Origin: an uncultured Gammaproteobacteria bacterium
GTDB lineage: Bacteria; Patescibacteriota; Patescibacteriia; Patescibacteriales; UBA12465
Assembly (NCBI GenBank): GCA_964408775.1
Contig: CAYPAP010000001.1
Coordinates: 21,404-85,403 of the forward strand
Length of the DNA stretch: 64,000 nt
Reading direction: 5' to 3'
This document shows, in pieces, positions 20,576 through 28,979 of this stretch. The notes under the pieces were generated by a model that saw only the letters and a program-made list of their open reading frames with translations, did not search any database and was not told where the DNA came from. The position numbers and the translations under genes are program-made. How positions within the stretch are numbered: the first letter of the stretch is position 1; each line of letters starts with the position of its first letter.

Positions 20576-22330
20576 TTACAAAGATTTACTGGAAACCTCA
20601 TTCAACAATGACTTAAAAAATTTATCTTTTTTAATTTCTTCTATTTTTTGTTCGCCTCTCTTTCTAACAGCCAAAACTTTGCCCTTAGACTCTTTATCTC
20701 CAACAACGATGATATAAGGTGATTTTTCGGCCACTGCTTTTCTAATTTTATTAGCCACTGTCTCATTGTCAATATCTAATTCTGGGCGTAGATCTAAATC
20801 TAAAAATTCTTGTTTTAATTTTTGACAATATTCAATATGCTTTTCACCGACGGAAATAATTTTTACTTGGACTGGAGATAACCACAACGGGAAGGCCCCG
20901 CCATAGTGCTCAATAATAAGAGCTAAGAAGCGCTCATAAGAACCAAGAATCGCACGGTGTATCATTACTGGATTTTTTTCGCTACCATCTTTGTCGGTAT
21001 AAACCAAGTTAAACCTCTTAGGGGTGGCAAAGTCAAGTTGCACGGTTGGGATTTGAATTTCTTTACCTAGGGAGTCACGGAACATAAAGTCTAGCTTAGG
21101 ACCATACAAGGCAGCCTCTCCCTCTATCCTCTTGGCATCAAGACCCATCTCATTAGAGACATCTTCTAATATAGACTCACAAACATCCCAGTCCTTTGGA
21201 TCACCAATATATTTTTCCGGATTATCATAGTCTCTAACAGACAAAGACACCCAATGTTTACCCCAAAGACCAAGAGCACTATAAAAATCCTTGATAATAT
21301 TAACTAGGCTTTTAATTTCATCTTTTGTTTGCTCAAGACTACAAAAAGTATGCCCATCTTCGACAGTAATAGCATAAACCCTGGACAAACCCCCGACCTC
21401 CCCACTCTTTTCAGCTCGATACTGTTTCTCGGACTCCATATATTTAATTGGTAAATCACGATAAGACCGAGCCTTGGAGGAATAAATCTGAGTTTGGTGA
21501 GGACATTGAACCGGCTTAATGACAAAATCATGCCCCTTGTCAGAGGAAACATGAAAAAGCTCTTCACTAAATTTTTTAGCATGACCAGACACTTCATAGA
21601 GAGAAATTTTTGCCAAATGAGGAGTCATAACCTTTTCAAAACCATAACGACGACAAACTTTCTCTATATGATTTCTCAGAGCATCAATAATTATCATCCC
21701 CTTGGGAGTAAATAAAGGAAGTCCTGGTCCAACTAAATCAGAAAAACAAAACAAATCCAATTCTTTTCCTAGCTTGCGATGATCTCTCTTCTTAGCTTCT
21801 TCCACTTTTTCTAAGTAATCTTTTAGTTCTTCCGCACTATCAAAGGATAATCCGTAAATACGAGTTAACATTTTGTTTTTTTCATCTCCTCGCCAATAAG
21901 CACCAGCCACCTTATCCAATTTAAAAGAACCGACTTTAATTTTTCCGCTGGACTCCAAGTGAGGTCCTCGACAAAGATCGGAAAACTCACCCAGCTCATA
22001 AAAACTAACCTGAGACTCACCTTCTTTTTTTAAATCTTCCAGTATTTCTAATTTATAAACATCATTAATATCTCGAGCTTCTTTAATGGCCTCGTCAATA
22101 TTTTTTTCTGATTTATTAAACTTCAAATTTTGCTTAATAATATGTTTCATTTTTTTCTCAATTTCAACCAGGTCAGTATCACTAATTTTCTTATCACCGA
22201 AATCAATATCATAATAAAAGCCATTATCAACATCAGGGCCAATAGCGAATTTTACCTCCGGATAAGTTCGAAGCACTGCCAAAGCCAAAACATGAGCCAG
22301 GGAGTGTCGCATTATTTCTAAATTTTCCAT
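20576..22330 (-). CDS. thrS: Threonyl-tRNA synthetase (lacks N-terminal TGS domain)
   Basis: 584 aa; starts at the 'MRHSLAHVLALAV' editing-domain motif; class II catalytic core and C-terminal anticodon-binding domain. Confidence 0.9.
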   Translation of the reverse strand: MENLEIMRHSLAHVLALAVLRTYPEVKFAIGPDVDNGFYYDIDFGDKKISDTDLVEIEKKMKHIIKQNLKFNKSEKNIDEAIKEARDINDVYKLEILEDLKKEGESQVSFYELGEFSDLCRGPHLESSGKIKVGSFKLDKVAGAYWRGDEKNKMLTRIYGLSFDSAEELKDYLEKVEEAKKRDHRKLGKELDLFCFSDLVGPGLPLFTPKGMIIIDALRNHIEKVCRRYGFEKVMTPHLAKISLYEVSGHAKKFSEELFHVSSDKGHDFVIKPVQCPHQTQIYSSKARSYRDLPIKYMESEKQYRAEKSGEVGGLSRVYAITVEDGHTFCSLEQTKDEIKSLVNIIKDFYSALGLWGKHWVSLSVRDYDNPEKYIGDPKDWDVCESILEDVSNEMGLDAKRIEGEAALYGPKLDFMFRDSLGKEIQIPTVQLDFATPKRFNLVYTDKDGSEKNPVMIHRAILGSYERFLALIIEHYGGAFPLWLSPVQVKIISVGEKHIEYCQKLKQEFLDLDLRPELDIDNETVANKIRKAVAEKSPYIIVVGDKESKGKVLAVRKRGEQKIEEIKKDKFFKSLLNEVSSKSL

Positions 22331-22343
22331 ATTTTCGTTTTAT

Positions 22344-23354
22344 TTAAAAATTTAAATTTTGTCGGTTAGCCTTTAAGTCTAAGATGGTCTTCTTTAGACC
22401 GTTTTCCAACGTAACAACCGGCATCCAACCCAATTCATTTCTAATTTTATAAGTATCAGGGATGTTTAATTGAGTCATAAAAACCTTACTATCATCAAAA
22501 ACTATCTTTGATTTAGAGTCTGTCAACTTAATAACCTTTTGTGCTACATCATATAATTTAACGTCTTCTTCGGACCCGACATTAAAGGGCCCCTTTACAT
22601 CAGAGGAGATCACTTTAATAGCAGCGTCGATAATATCATCAACATAACATAGAGAAGATGAGAACTCTTTATCACCATAGATAATAAGGTCATCACCATT
22701 TAAAGCATCACTAATAAAATCTGACAACATTTGCTCATCGCCCAATGTCATTCTAGGGCCATAAACTCGAAACGTCCTAATAATTTTGGCATCTAAATTA
22801 AATATCTGATTGTAAGTATTAATAAAAACCTCAGCAAAACGTTTACCCTCATCATAGCAGGATCTTTCACTGGAAATATCAATTTGGCCCAAATTGTCCT
22901 CACGAACTTTAATAATCTTGTCAGAAGTGGGTCTAGCACCATAAACAACCGAAGAAGAAAAGTGTAATAATTTAGAGCTATATTTTAAGGTAATATCTAA
23001 AACATTTTTTACAACATAAGAATTAGCTAGAAGAATACTCTCCCTATTTTTCAAAAAATTTTTAGATGACATTGGACAAGCTAAATTATAAACCTCCTGA
23101 ATTCCTTGAAAAGGAATTTTAAACTTGTCCAACTCGTCTAATGACTCTAAATCAAGCGGTTGACTCATATCATGATTTATTAAAACAAAATTAGGGTCAG
23201 ACAATAAATGATCGATGTTTTTAGGAGTGCTACTAGAAAAATTATCAACACAAATAACTTTACTTTCTTTTATAAGCTCATCGCATAGATTAGAGCCAAT
23301 AAACCCAGCCCCTCCAATAACTAAAATGTTTTTTTTATCAAAAATTACAGACAT
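22344..23354 (-). CDS. NAD-dependent epimerase/dehydratase, UDP-glucuronate decarboxylase (UXS)-like
   Basis: 336 aa; GGAGFIGS Rossmann motif; catalytic 'YDEGKR' (YxxxK) typical of UXS/ArnA-type decarboxylases. Confidence 0.6.
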   Translation of the reverse strand: MSVIFDKKNILVIGGAGFIGSNLCDELIKESKVICVDNFSSSTPKNIDHLLSDPNFVLINHDMSQPLDLESLDELDKFKIPFQGIQEVYNLACPMSSKNFLKNRESILLANSYVVKNVLDITLKYSSKLLHFSSSVVYGARPTSDKIIKVREDNLGQIDISSERSCYDEGKRFAEVFINTYNQIFNLDAKIIRTFRVYGPRMTLGDEQMLSDFISDALNGDDLIIYGDKEFSSSLCYVDDIIDAAIKVISSDVKGPFNVGSEEDVKLYDVAQKVIKLTDSKSKIVFDDSKVFMTQLNIPDTYKIRNELGWMPVVTLENGLKKTILDLKANRQNLNF

Positions 23355-23380
23355 ATTATTAACAAGATCTTTAAGATGTT

Positions 23381-23527
23381 TACCCGCTCGGATAGCTTCG
23401 CTATCGAACGGGTCCGCTCAATTGCTCGAAGAGCAATCTGAGCGGAGGATCTTTACCCGCTCGGATAGCTTCGCTATCGAACGGGTCCGCTCAATTGCTC
23501 GAAGAGCAATCTGAGCGGAGGATCTTT
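23381..23527 (+). repeat. Two perfect tandem copies of a 73-bp GC-rich element with two predicted hairpins (candidate structured RNA)
   Basis: Unit 'tacccgctcggatagcttcgctatcgaacgggtccgctcaattgctcgaagagcaatctgagcggaggatctt' repeated head-to-tail with period 73; hairpin 1 acccg..(gatagc-ttc-gctatc)..cgggt; hairpin 2 ccgctcaattgc-tcgaaga-gcaatctgagcgg; flanked both sides by gatcttta. Confidence 0.85.
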
Positions 23528-23548
23528 AGGATATTATTAATTAATTAA
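23521..23548. promoter_or_regulatory. Conserved 'gatctttaggatatt(t/a)ttaattaat' motif, second copy of the motif upstream of fusA (5611-5640)
   Basis: 24 of 25 nt identical between 5613-5637 and 23521-23546; both lie 5' of minus-strand genes (fusA, UXS-like). Confidence 0.5.
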
Positions 23549-23625
23549 ATTATTATTTCTAGCTATATAATAGCATAAAAGGGTGGTTTTTCCAAAATAC
23601 TCACTTAAAATATACCTGAGCTGGA

Positions 23626-25689
23626 TTAATTTCCTATTTCAACAAATTCTACTACTACTCCCCCTTTGTATTCATCTTCTAGCCCATAAAATGAAGCCAT
23701 CAATTCGCCCTTACTATTGAAAGCTCTAACATGGGGGGTCCCCCCTGGTCCAGCACCAGCTATTATTTCATCTAATCCGTCCTTGTCTAAGTCACCCAAA
23801 GCCAAATTAACCCCTCCTTTAAATTTTTCTGCATAGGCTAAGAAGCTTTTAATTTTTTCACCGGAATTATTAAAAACCACAATTTCTGGTTTACGACCTG
23901 GTCCTGGAGAAATAACTATATCAGTTTTTCCTCTGCTATCCTTACCATAGACATTCCCCAGTCGAATTCTAGCTCCACCGAAAAAATCTTCTTCATAAGC
24001 AAAAAAATGACTTGTGAGCTTCCCTTGACCATTAAAAATTTTAACATGAGATCCCCCTTTAGAAAATGGGACCACCGCAATTTCGCTTTTTCCATCTCCA
24101 TCAATATCACCCACTGAAATACTAACTCCTCCGGTAAAATTTTCGTTATAAGCAAAAAATTGACCTTTTAATTTTCCTTGTTGATCAAAAATTCTAATAT
24201 GTGGTCCTCCTCCTGGTCCCGCAGCGGTAACAATCTCGTTTTTACCATCACCATCAACATCTCCCACTGCTACATTAACCCCGCCCCTAAATTTGGGATC
24301 ATAGGCGAAAAATTGTCCCTTAATATTACCAGAATTATCAAAAATTCTAACATGTGGACCACCTCCTAATCCCGCCCCGGTTATTATTTCTGAGGTGCCA
24401 TCTTTATCCAGGTCTGCTACAACCATATTTATGCTACCATTAAACTTTGGATCATAAGCAAAAAAACGACTTTCCTCTTCACCCTTACTGCTAGTGACTC
24501 TGACTGAGTTAAACATCTCCAACTCGTCTTTAAAATCTATAATATCAACCTGAGGAAAAAGCAAGAATCGCCCGGTAAGATTTTCCCATTTTTCCAAAGC
24601 CCAATTAACAGAGCTGGCTAAATTAACCCTTCCACTGCCAAGCTCATTAAGGTTTTCTGGATTTAAGGAATTAATATCATCTGAACTCCTAATTAATATA
24701 TCCAAAACCTGCTTATTGCTTAATTTCGGATTAGCCTCTTTAATAAGAGCCAATGATCCGCTAACAACTGCTGCGGACATGGAGGTACCAGACCAATAAC
24801 CATTGTAATAACTATTTTTTTTATCTTCGGTATCATAAAAAGATGACGAAAAAAAACTTATTCCTGGAGCGGAAATATCTACACAGTTTTTACCATAGGA
24901 AGAAAAAAACGCCTTCTGATCTAAAGTATCAGTTGCTCCAACAGAAATAATAATATTATTGTTATTAGATCCACCGAAACAAGCTGGATAAAGAGGTTCT
25001 TGATCTAAGTCAGAATTATTATTACCAGCAGCTGCAACAACAAGAATACCAGCTCGATAAGCCCTTTCAACAGCCTCTTCAAACCCCTGATTATATCCTA
25101 GCCCCGAAAAACTAAGGTTGATTATATCAGCTCCATTGTTAATAGCATAATCTATAGCCCTGACCACATCATTAATTTTGCCCTCACCACCTTCGTCTAG
25201 AGCTTTAAGCGGCATTATCTTCACATTAGAGGCAATACCACTTATTCCTATAGAATTATTAGTCTTGGCCCCAATAATTCCAGCTATCATAGTCCCGTGG
25301 TTCAAACCATCGTCGCTCCCTCCAAGGTCAAGTCTAGGGCGAGGATCTGGAACATTGTTAACAAAATCCCACCCATTTACATCGTCGATAAATCCGTTGC
25401 CATCATCGTCTTTGCCATTTTCAAAAATCTCAAATTTATTGCGCCAAATATTATCTCTTAAATCGGGATGGTCAATATAAATTCCAGAATCAATCACAGC
25501 CACAATAACATTTTTACCAATAAAATTTTTATTCCATATAGAGCTAAATCCAATACGGCTTAAATACCACTGATTATTAAAATAAGGATCGTTCGGTAAT
25601 TGCCCAAAATAAGCCCGAGAAGGAGGGATTAAAAAAGCAAAACTCACCAATAAAAAAAATGCTAAAATTATAATTACTCTTATTTTCAT
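23626..25689 (-). CDS. Secreted subtilisin-like serine protease (S8) with C-terminal FG-GAP/beta-propeller repeats
   Basis: Start set at 'MKIRVIIILAFFLLVSFAFL' signal peptide (the ORF-track N-extension overlaps rplY); catalytic triad context VAVIDSGI (Asp), HGTMIAG (His), GTSMSAAVVSG (Ser); five repeats of 'FFAYDPKF.GG...GD.DGDG..EI.TGAGPGGGPHVRIF'. Confidence 0.85.
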   Translation of the reverse strand: MKIRVIIILAFFLLVSFAFLIPPSRAYFGQLPNDPYFNNQWYLSRIGFSSIWNKNFIGKNVIVAVIDSGIYIDHPDLRDNIWRNKFEIFENGKDDDGNGFIDDVNGWDFVNNVPDPRPRLDLGGSDDGLNHGTMIAGIIGAKTNNSIGISGIASNVKIMPLKALDEGGEGKINDVVRAIDYAINNGADIINLSFSGLGYNQGFEEAVERAYRAGILVVAAAGNNNSDLDQEPLYPACFGGSNNNNIIISVGATDTLDQKAFFSSYGKNCVDISAPGISFFSSSFYDTEDKKNSYYNGYWSGTSMSAAVVSGSLALIKEANPKLSNKQVLDILIRSSDDINSLNPENLNELGSGRVNLASSVNWALEKWENLTGRFLLFPQVDIIDFKDELEMFNSVRVTSSKGEEESRFFAYDPKFNGSINMVVADLDKDGTSEIITGAGLGGGPHVRIFDNSGNIKGQFFAYDPKFRGGVNVAVGDVDGDGKNEIVTAAGPGGGPHIRIFDQQGKLKGQFFAYNENFTGGVSISVGDIDGDGKSEIAVVPFSKGGSHVKIFNGQGKLTSHFFAYEEDFFGGARIRLGNVYGKDSRGKTDIVISPGPGRKPEIVVFNNSGEKIKSFLAYAEKFKGGVNLALGDLDKDGLDEIIAGAGPGGTPHVRAFNSKGELMASFYGLEDEYKGGVVVEFVEIGN

Positions 25690-25735
25690 ATTAGTAAATT
25701 TTAGCATATTTTTTAGAAAAACAAAAATTGTAAAA

Positions 25736-26389
25736 CTAGCTTTTATTCTCTCCTGTTTTGTCACTTTTTGATTTGTCATCCTTGGCTTCGCTAGCTTCGT
25801 CACCGCTAGTTGCCTCTGGAACATCGGTTTTAGGAAGCTCTTCTTTTTCTTTTTTAGGCTCAACCACAGAAACAACAGCATCATCCGGATTATTTAAAAC
25901 TTTTAGATCGCTACTAACTTTAATATCTTTCACTAAAATAATATCACCGAAGGAAAGAAGAGATGAAATGTCCACATCAATATGGTCTACCAAGTCTTTT
26001 GGCAAGCACTCAACCTCTATAGAATCAATATTTTTCATTAATAAAGCACCTAGCTCCTTCACTGCCCGAGATTCGCCAACAAAGCTTAGTGGAATTTCAG
26101 CGGTTACCTTTTTACTCATATCAACCTGGTAAAAATCAACATGACTAAAAAAATCTTTGATCGGGTCTCTCTGAAAATCCTTAATTAGAACTGGAATCTT
26201 GCCAGATCCATCAATCTCTAATTCTATTAAATTAGATTCACCAGCCTCATCATAAACCTTGGTAAAATCATTGGTTTTAATCTTTATTAAAACATTTTCC
26301 GACCCTGGACCATAGATTATTCCAGGAAAAAAATCTTTGTTTAATTTTTCTTTTTTACTTCTAATTTCAGCTTTTAACTTAATGTTCAT
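25736..26389 (-). CDS. rplY: 50S ribosomal protein L25 / general stress protein Ctc
   Basis: 217 aa; L25 N-domain plus Ctc-type C-domain, ending in an acidic/Lys-rich low-complexity tail. Confidence 0.75.
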   Translation of the reverse strand: MNIKLKAEIRSKKEKLNKDFFPGIIYGPGSENVLIKIKTNDFTKVYDEAGESNLIELEIDGSGKIPVLIKDFQRDPIKDFFSHVDFYQVDMSKKVTAEIPLSFVGESRAVKELGALLMKNIDSIEVECLPKDLVDHIDVDISSLLSFGDIILVKDIKVSSDLKVLNNPDDAVVSVVEPKKEKEELPKTDVPEATSGDEASEAKDDKSKSDKTGENKS

Positions 26390-26434
26390 AATTTTAAAAT
26401 TAACTTAATAATATTTATAAAAATAATTAATAAA

Positions 26435-27535
26435 TTAGCTTTTTGCTTTAATTATAATATTTTGGATAATTCCTATTAGAATAAAATTAGCAATGGTAGC
26501 ACTACCGCCATAACTAATAAAGGGCAAGGATATGCCCATAACCGGAACCAGTCCGATGTTCATACCAATATTAATAAACATTTCAATAAAAATCAAGACC
26601 ACAGCTCCTAATATCACAAAAACAGCGAAATCATTGTTTATTTTACGACTAACAACTAGTAAGCGCCAAAAGAGAACAAAAAACAAAAATAGAACCAAGG
26701 TCGCCCCCAAAAAACCTAATTCCTCGGCAATAACTGAAAAAATAAAGTCGTTTTGCGCCTCAGGTAAGAATTTTAATTGTGACTGTGAGCCAAATCCGAC
26801 TCCACGCCCTGTTAGTCCGCCCGAACCAACGGCAATCAAAGCCTGAGAAACATTATAGCCCTCGCTCAAGGAACTGGCCCCAGGATTTAATAAGGTTAGT
26901 ATTCTCCCCTTCTGGTATTCCTTAAAATAAAAATTCCAGAGAAAAAAGGATATTAAAATAAATGGGATTATTATCATTAAAAGATATTTCTTTTTAAAAC
27001 CGTTTAAAATCAAGAAGCAGAACCACAAACCCATTATTATTACCACTGGACCAAAATCGGGTTGAAGTATTATTAAAAAAACAAAAACAGCTATACCCAA
27101 TAAAGATAGGAGCAATGATTTTAATGGCCTCATCTTAAAAGCCGTATTAGAAAAAAATTTGGCTAAAAATATTATTGCTATAACCTTAACAAACTCTACT
27201 GGCTGAAGACTAAAACCGAAAATCTCGAACCAACCGGTTGTGCCACGGACTGTTTTACCAAATATTAAAACTAATATTAAAATAAAAACACCAAACCCGT
27301 AAATGTAATTGCTAAAACTTCTAATAAAACTAAAATCCACAAAAGAAAAAACAAAAAGAGCTATTATTCCCAAAATTATAGCGATTGTTTGTTTTTCTAG
27401 GTTTAATAAGCTTAAATTTTCTTGCCCTAGGGCAATACTATAGATTTCAATTAATCCAAAAAGTGATAATAACAATACTACTGAAAAAATAATCCAATCA
27501 AAACTTAAAAAATGATGTTTTAATCTGTTCAACAT
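26435..27535 (-). CDS. ftsW: SEDS-family peptidoglycan polymerase (FtsW/RodA)
   Basis: 366 aa; ~10 TM segments; conserved 'LPEAQNDFIFSVIAEELGFLGA' SEDS motif. Confidence 0.85.
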   Translation of the reverse strand: MLNRLKHHFLSFDWIIFSVVLLLSLFGLIEIYSIALGQENLSLLNLEKQTIAIILGIIALFVFSFVDFSFIRSFSNYIYGFGVFILILVLIFGKTVRGTTGWFEIFGFSLQPVEFVKVIAIIFLAKFFSNTAFKMRPLKSLLLSLLGIAVFVFLIILQPDFGPVVIIMGLWFCFLILNGFKKKYLLMIIIPFILISFFLWNFYFKEYQKGRILTLLNPGASSLSEGYNVSQALIAVGSGGLTGRGVGFGSQSQLKFLPEAQNDFIFSVIAEELGFLGATLVLFLFFVLFWRLLVVSRKINNDFAVFVILGAVVLIFIEMFINIGMNIGLVPVMGISLPFISYGGSATIANFILIGIIQNIIIKAKS

Positions 27536-27550
27536 TTTTATCTAATAAAT

Positions 27551-28312
27551 TTAATGAATATGTAAAAGCAAATTTGTTGCCACCATCACCCCAAGACCAA
27601 GAAATATTCCTAGTAATTGCTTGAGGCTCTTGCTAATTTTAATTTCCTTTTTAAGCTCGGGAATCAAATCAGATGAAGCAATATAAATAAAGCCACCAGC
27701 AGTTATAGGGATAATGAATTCTATAAAGCCATCTAAATAAGTGCCCAATAGAATAACAATAAGGGCGCCCAAAATGGAGAAAGAAGCCGAAATAAAATTA
27801 TAAAAAAGGGCTTTTTTAACGGAATAACCAGCATGAATTAATACTCCAAAATCCCCTATTTCTTGAGGGACCTCGTGACTAATAACAGCAACGGTTGTTA
27901 AGACCCCTAAGCGAACATCCACTAAAAAAGCACCGGCGATTATCATACCATCTATTAAATTATGCAGACCGTCGCCTATTAAATTCATGGGACCAACCGG
28001 ATGAGGATGATCGTCGCAGGTTGGCTCATGGCAATGGCGCCAATGAATTATTTTTTCTAATATAAAAAATAAAATAATTCCCCCTAAAATTCCAAACCAC
28101 ACAGTGCTATCATGATGGTCAGACATTTCCACTGCTTCAGGAATAAGATGCAAAAAAGCACTCCCTAATAATGCCCCGGCTGACAAGCTGACTAAAAACA
28201 TTATTATTTTCTTAAGTCTTTTGATTGAAAAACTTAAAAAGAAAATCCCGATCAAGGAAACTAACGAGGTTATAACTGAAGCCCCTAAAATATAAAGATA
28301 AATCTGATTCAT
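27551..28312 (-). CDS. zupT: ZIP-family divalent metal transporter (ZupT-like)
   Basis: 253 aa; 'HEVPQEIGDFGVL' ZIP signature; His-rich loop HWRHCHEPTCDDHPHP. Confidence 0.8.
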   Translation of the reverse strand: MNQIYLYILGASVITSLVSLIGIFFLSFSIKRLKKIIMFLVSLSAGALLGSAFLHLIPEAVEMSDHHDSTVWFGILGGIILFFILEKIIHWRHCHEPTCDDHPHPVGPMNLIGDGLHNLIDGMIIAGAFLVDVRLGVLTTVAVISHEVPQEIGDFGVLIHAGYSVKKALFYNFISASFSILGALIVILLGTYLDGFIEFIIPITAGGFIYIASSDLIPELKKEIKISKSLKQLLGIFLGLGVMVATNLLLHIH

Positions 28313-28321
28313 ATTATTTTT

Positions 28322-28768
28322 TTATTTTTTAACCTTAGGGTTGATATCTTTTTTAGTCTTAGATTTTTTGGCCTTGGTTTTAGCAAATATTTCTGGATGA
28401 TTTTTATTATAAGAAGAGATAACCTCCCGTAATCCTTCCACCGCTAAAACCGAGCAATGAACTTTTTGTTGAGGCAAACCGTCTAACTTTCTAACAATTT
28501 CATTCCAATCAAACTTTTGAGCTTCCTCGAGGGACATTCCCTTGACCATCTCTGTCATAACAGAGGCAGTAGCAATATTAGAGGCGCAACCAAAGGAAAG
28601 GAATTTAATATCCTTAATTTTTCCGTCTTTAACCTTAATAGAGAAAGATAATTGATCCCCACAAACCATATTACCAACCTCAGCTGTAGCATCAGGATTC
28701 TTTATTTCCCCAATGTTTTTAGGGTGAAGAAAGTGCTTCATGGTCTTTTTACTATAATTTAATGCCAT
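28322..28768 (-). CDS. iscU: Fe-S cluster assembly scaffold IscU/NifU N-terminal-like
   Basis: 148 aa; conserved Cys residues in 'GNMVCGDQLSF...SFGCASNIATAS...HCSVLAVEGL'; Lys-rich C-terminal tail. Confidence 0.8.
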   Translation of the reverse strand: MALNYSKKTMKHFLHPKNIGEIKNPDATAEVGNMVCGDQLSFSIKVKDGKIKDIKFLSFGCASNIATASVMTEMVKGMSLEEAQKFDWNEIVRKLDGLPQQKVHCSVLAVEGLREVISSYNKNHPEIFAKTKAKKSKTKKDINPKVKK

Positions 28769-28855
28769 ATATTTAGAGCTAAATTAATTAATAAAAACAT
28801 AATTAATTAGCTAATTAATTTTAATGGTTATATTATACCTTCTTTTATGAAAAAA

Positions 28856-28887
28856 ATAAACCCTAGGAATCCAGGGGTTTATTTTTT
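28856..28887. terminator. Hairpin followed by T-run, downstream of the large acidic protein gene
   Basis: ataaaccct-aggaatcc-aggggtttat then tttttt; preceded by aaaaaa. Confidence 0.55.
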
Positions 28888-28979
28888 AAGATAATAACTC
28901 AAGTATCAAGTAGTAATAATTTAAGAAACTAAAACAATATTAATTTAAAAAGAGAAAATTATATTTAAGAAATTCGCGT

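Noticed and set aside
23381-23453. 73-nt element as a tRNA or tRNA-like gene
   Set aside because: The two-hairpin fold has no acceptor stem pairing its ends and no T-loop (GTTCRANYC) or anticodon-arm layout. The copy number and inverted copy also argue against a tRNA.
23381-23527. Possibility that the 73-bp tandem repeats, or the 5581-5866 repeats, are a CRISPR array
   Set aside because: The two 73-bp copies are directly adjacent with no unique spacers. The 5.6-kb repeats are degenerate with no regular repeat-spacer periodicity. No cas genes are in the window.
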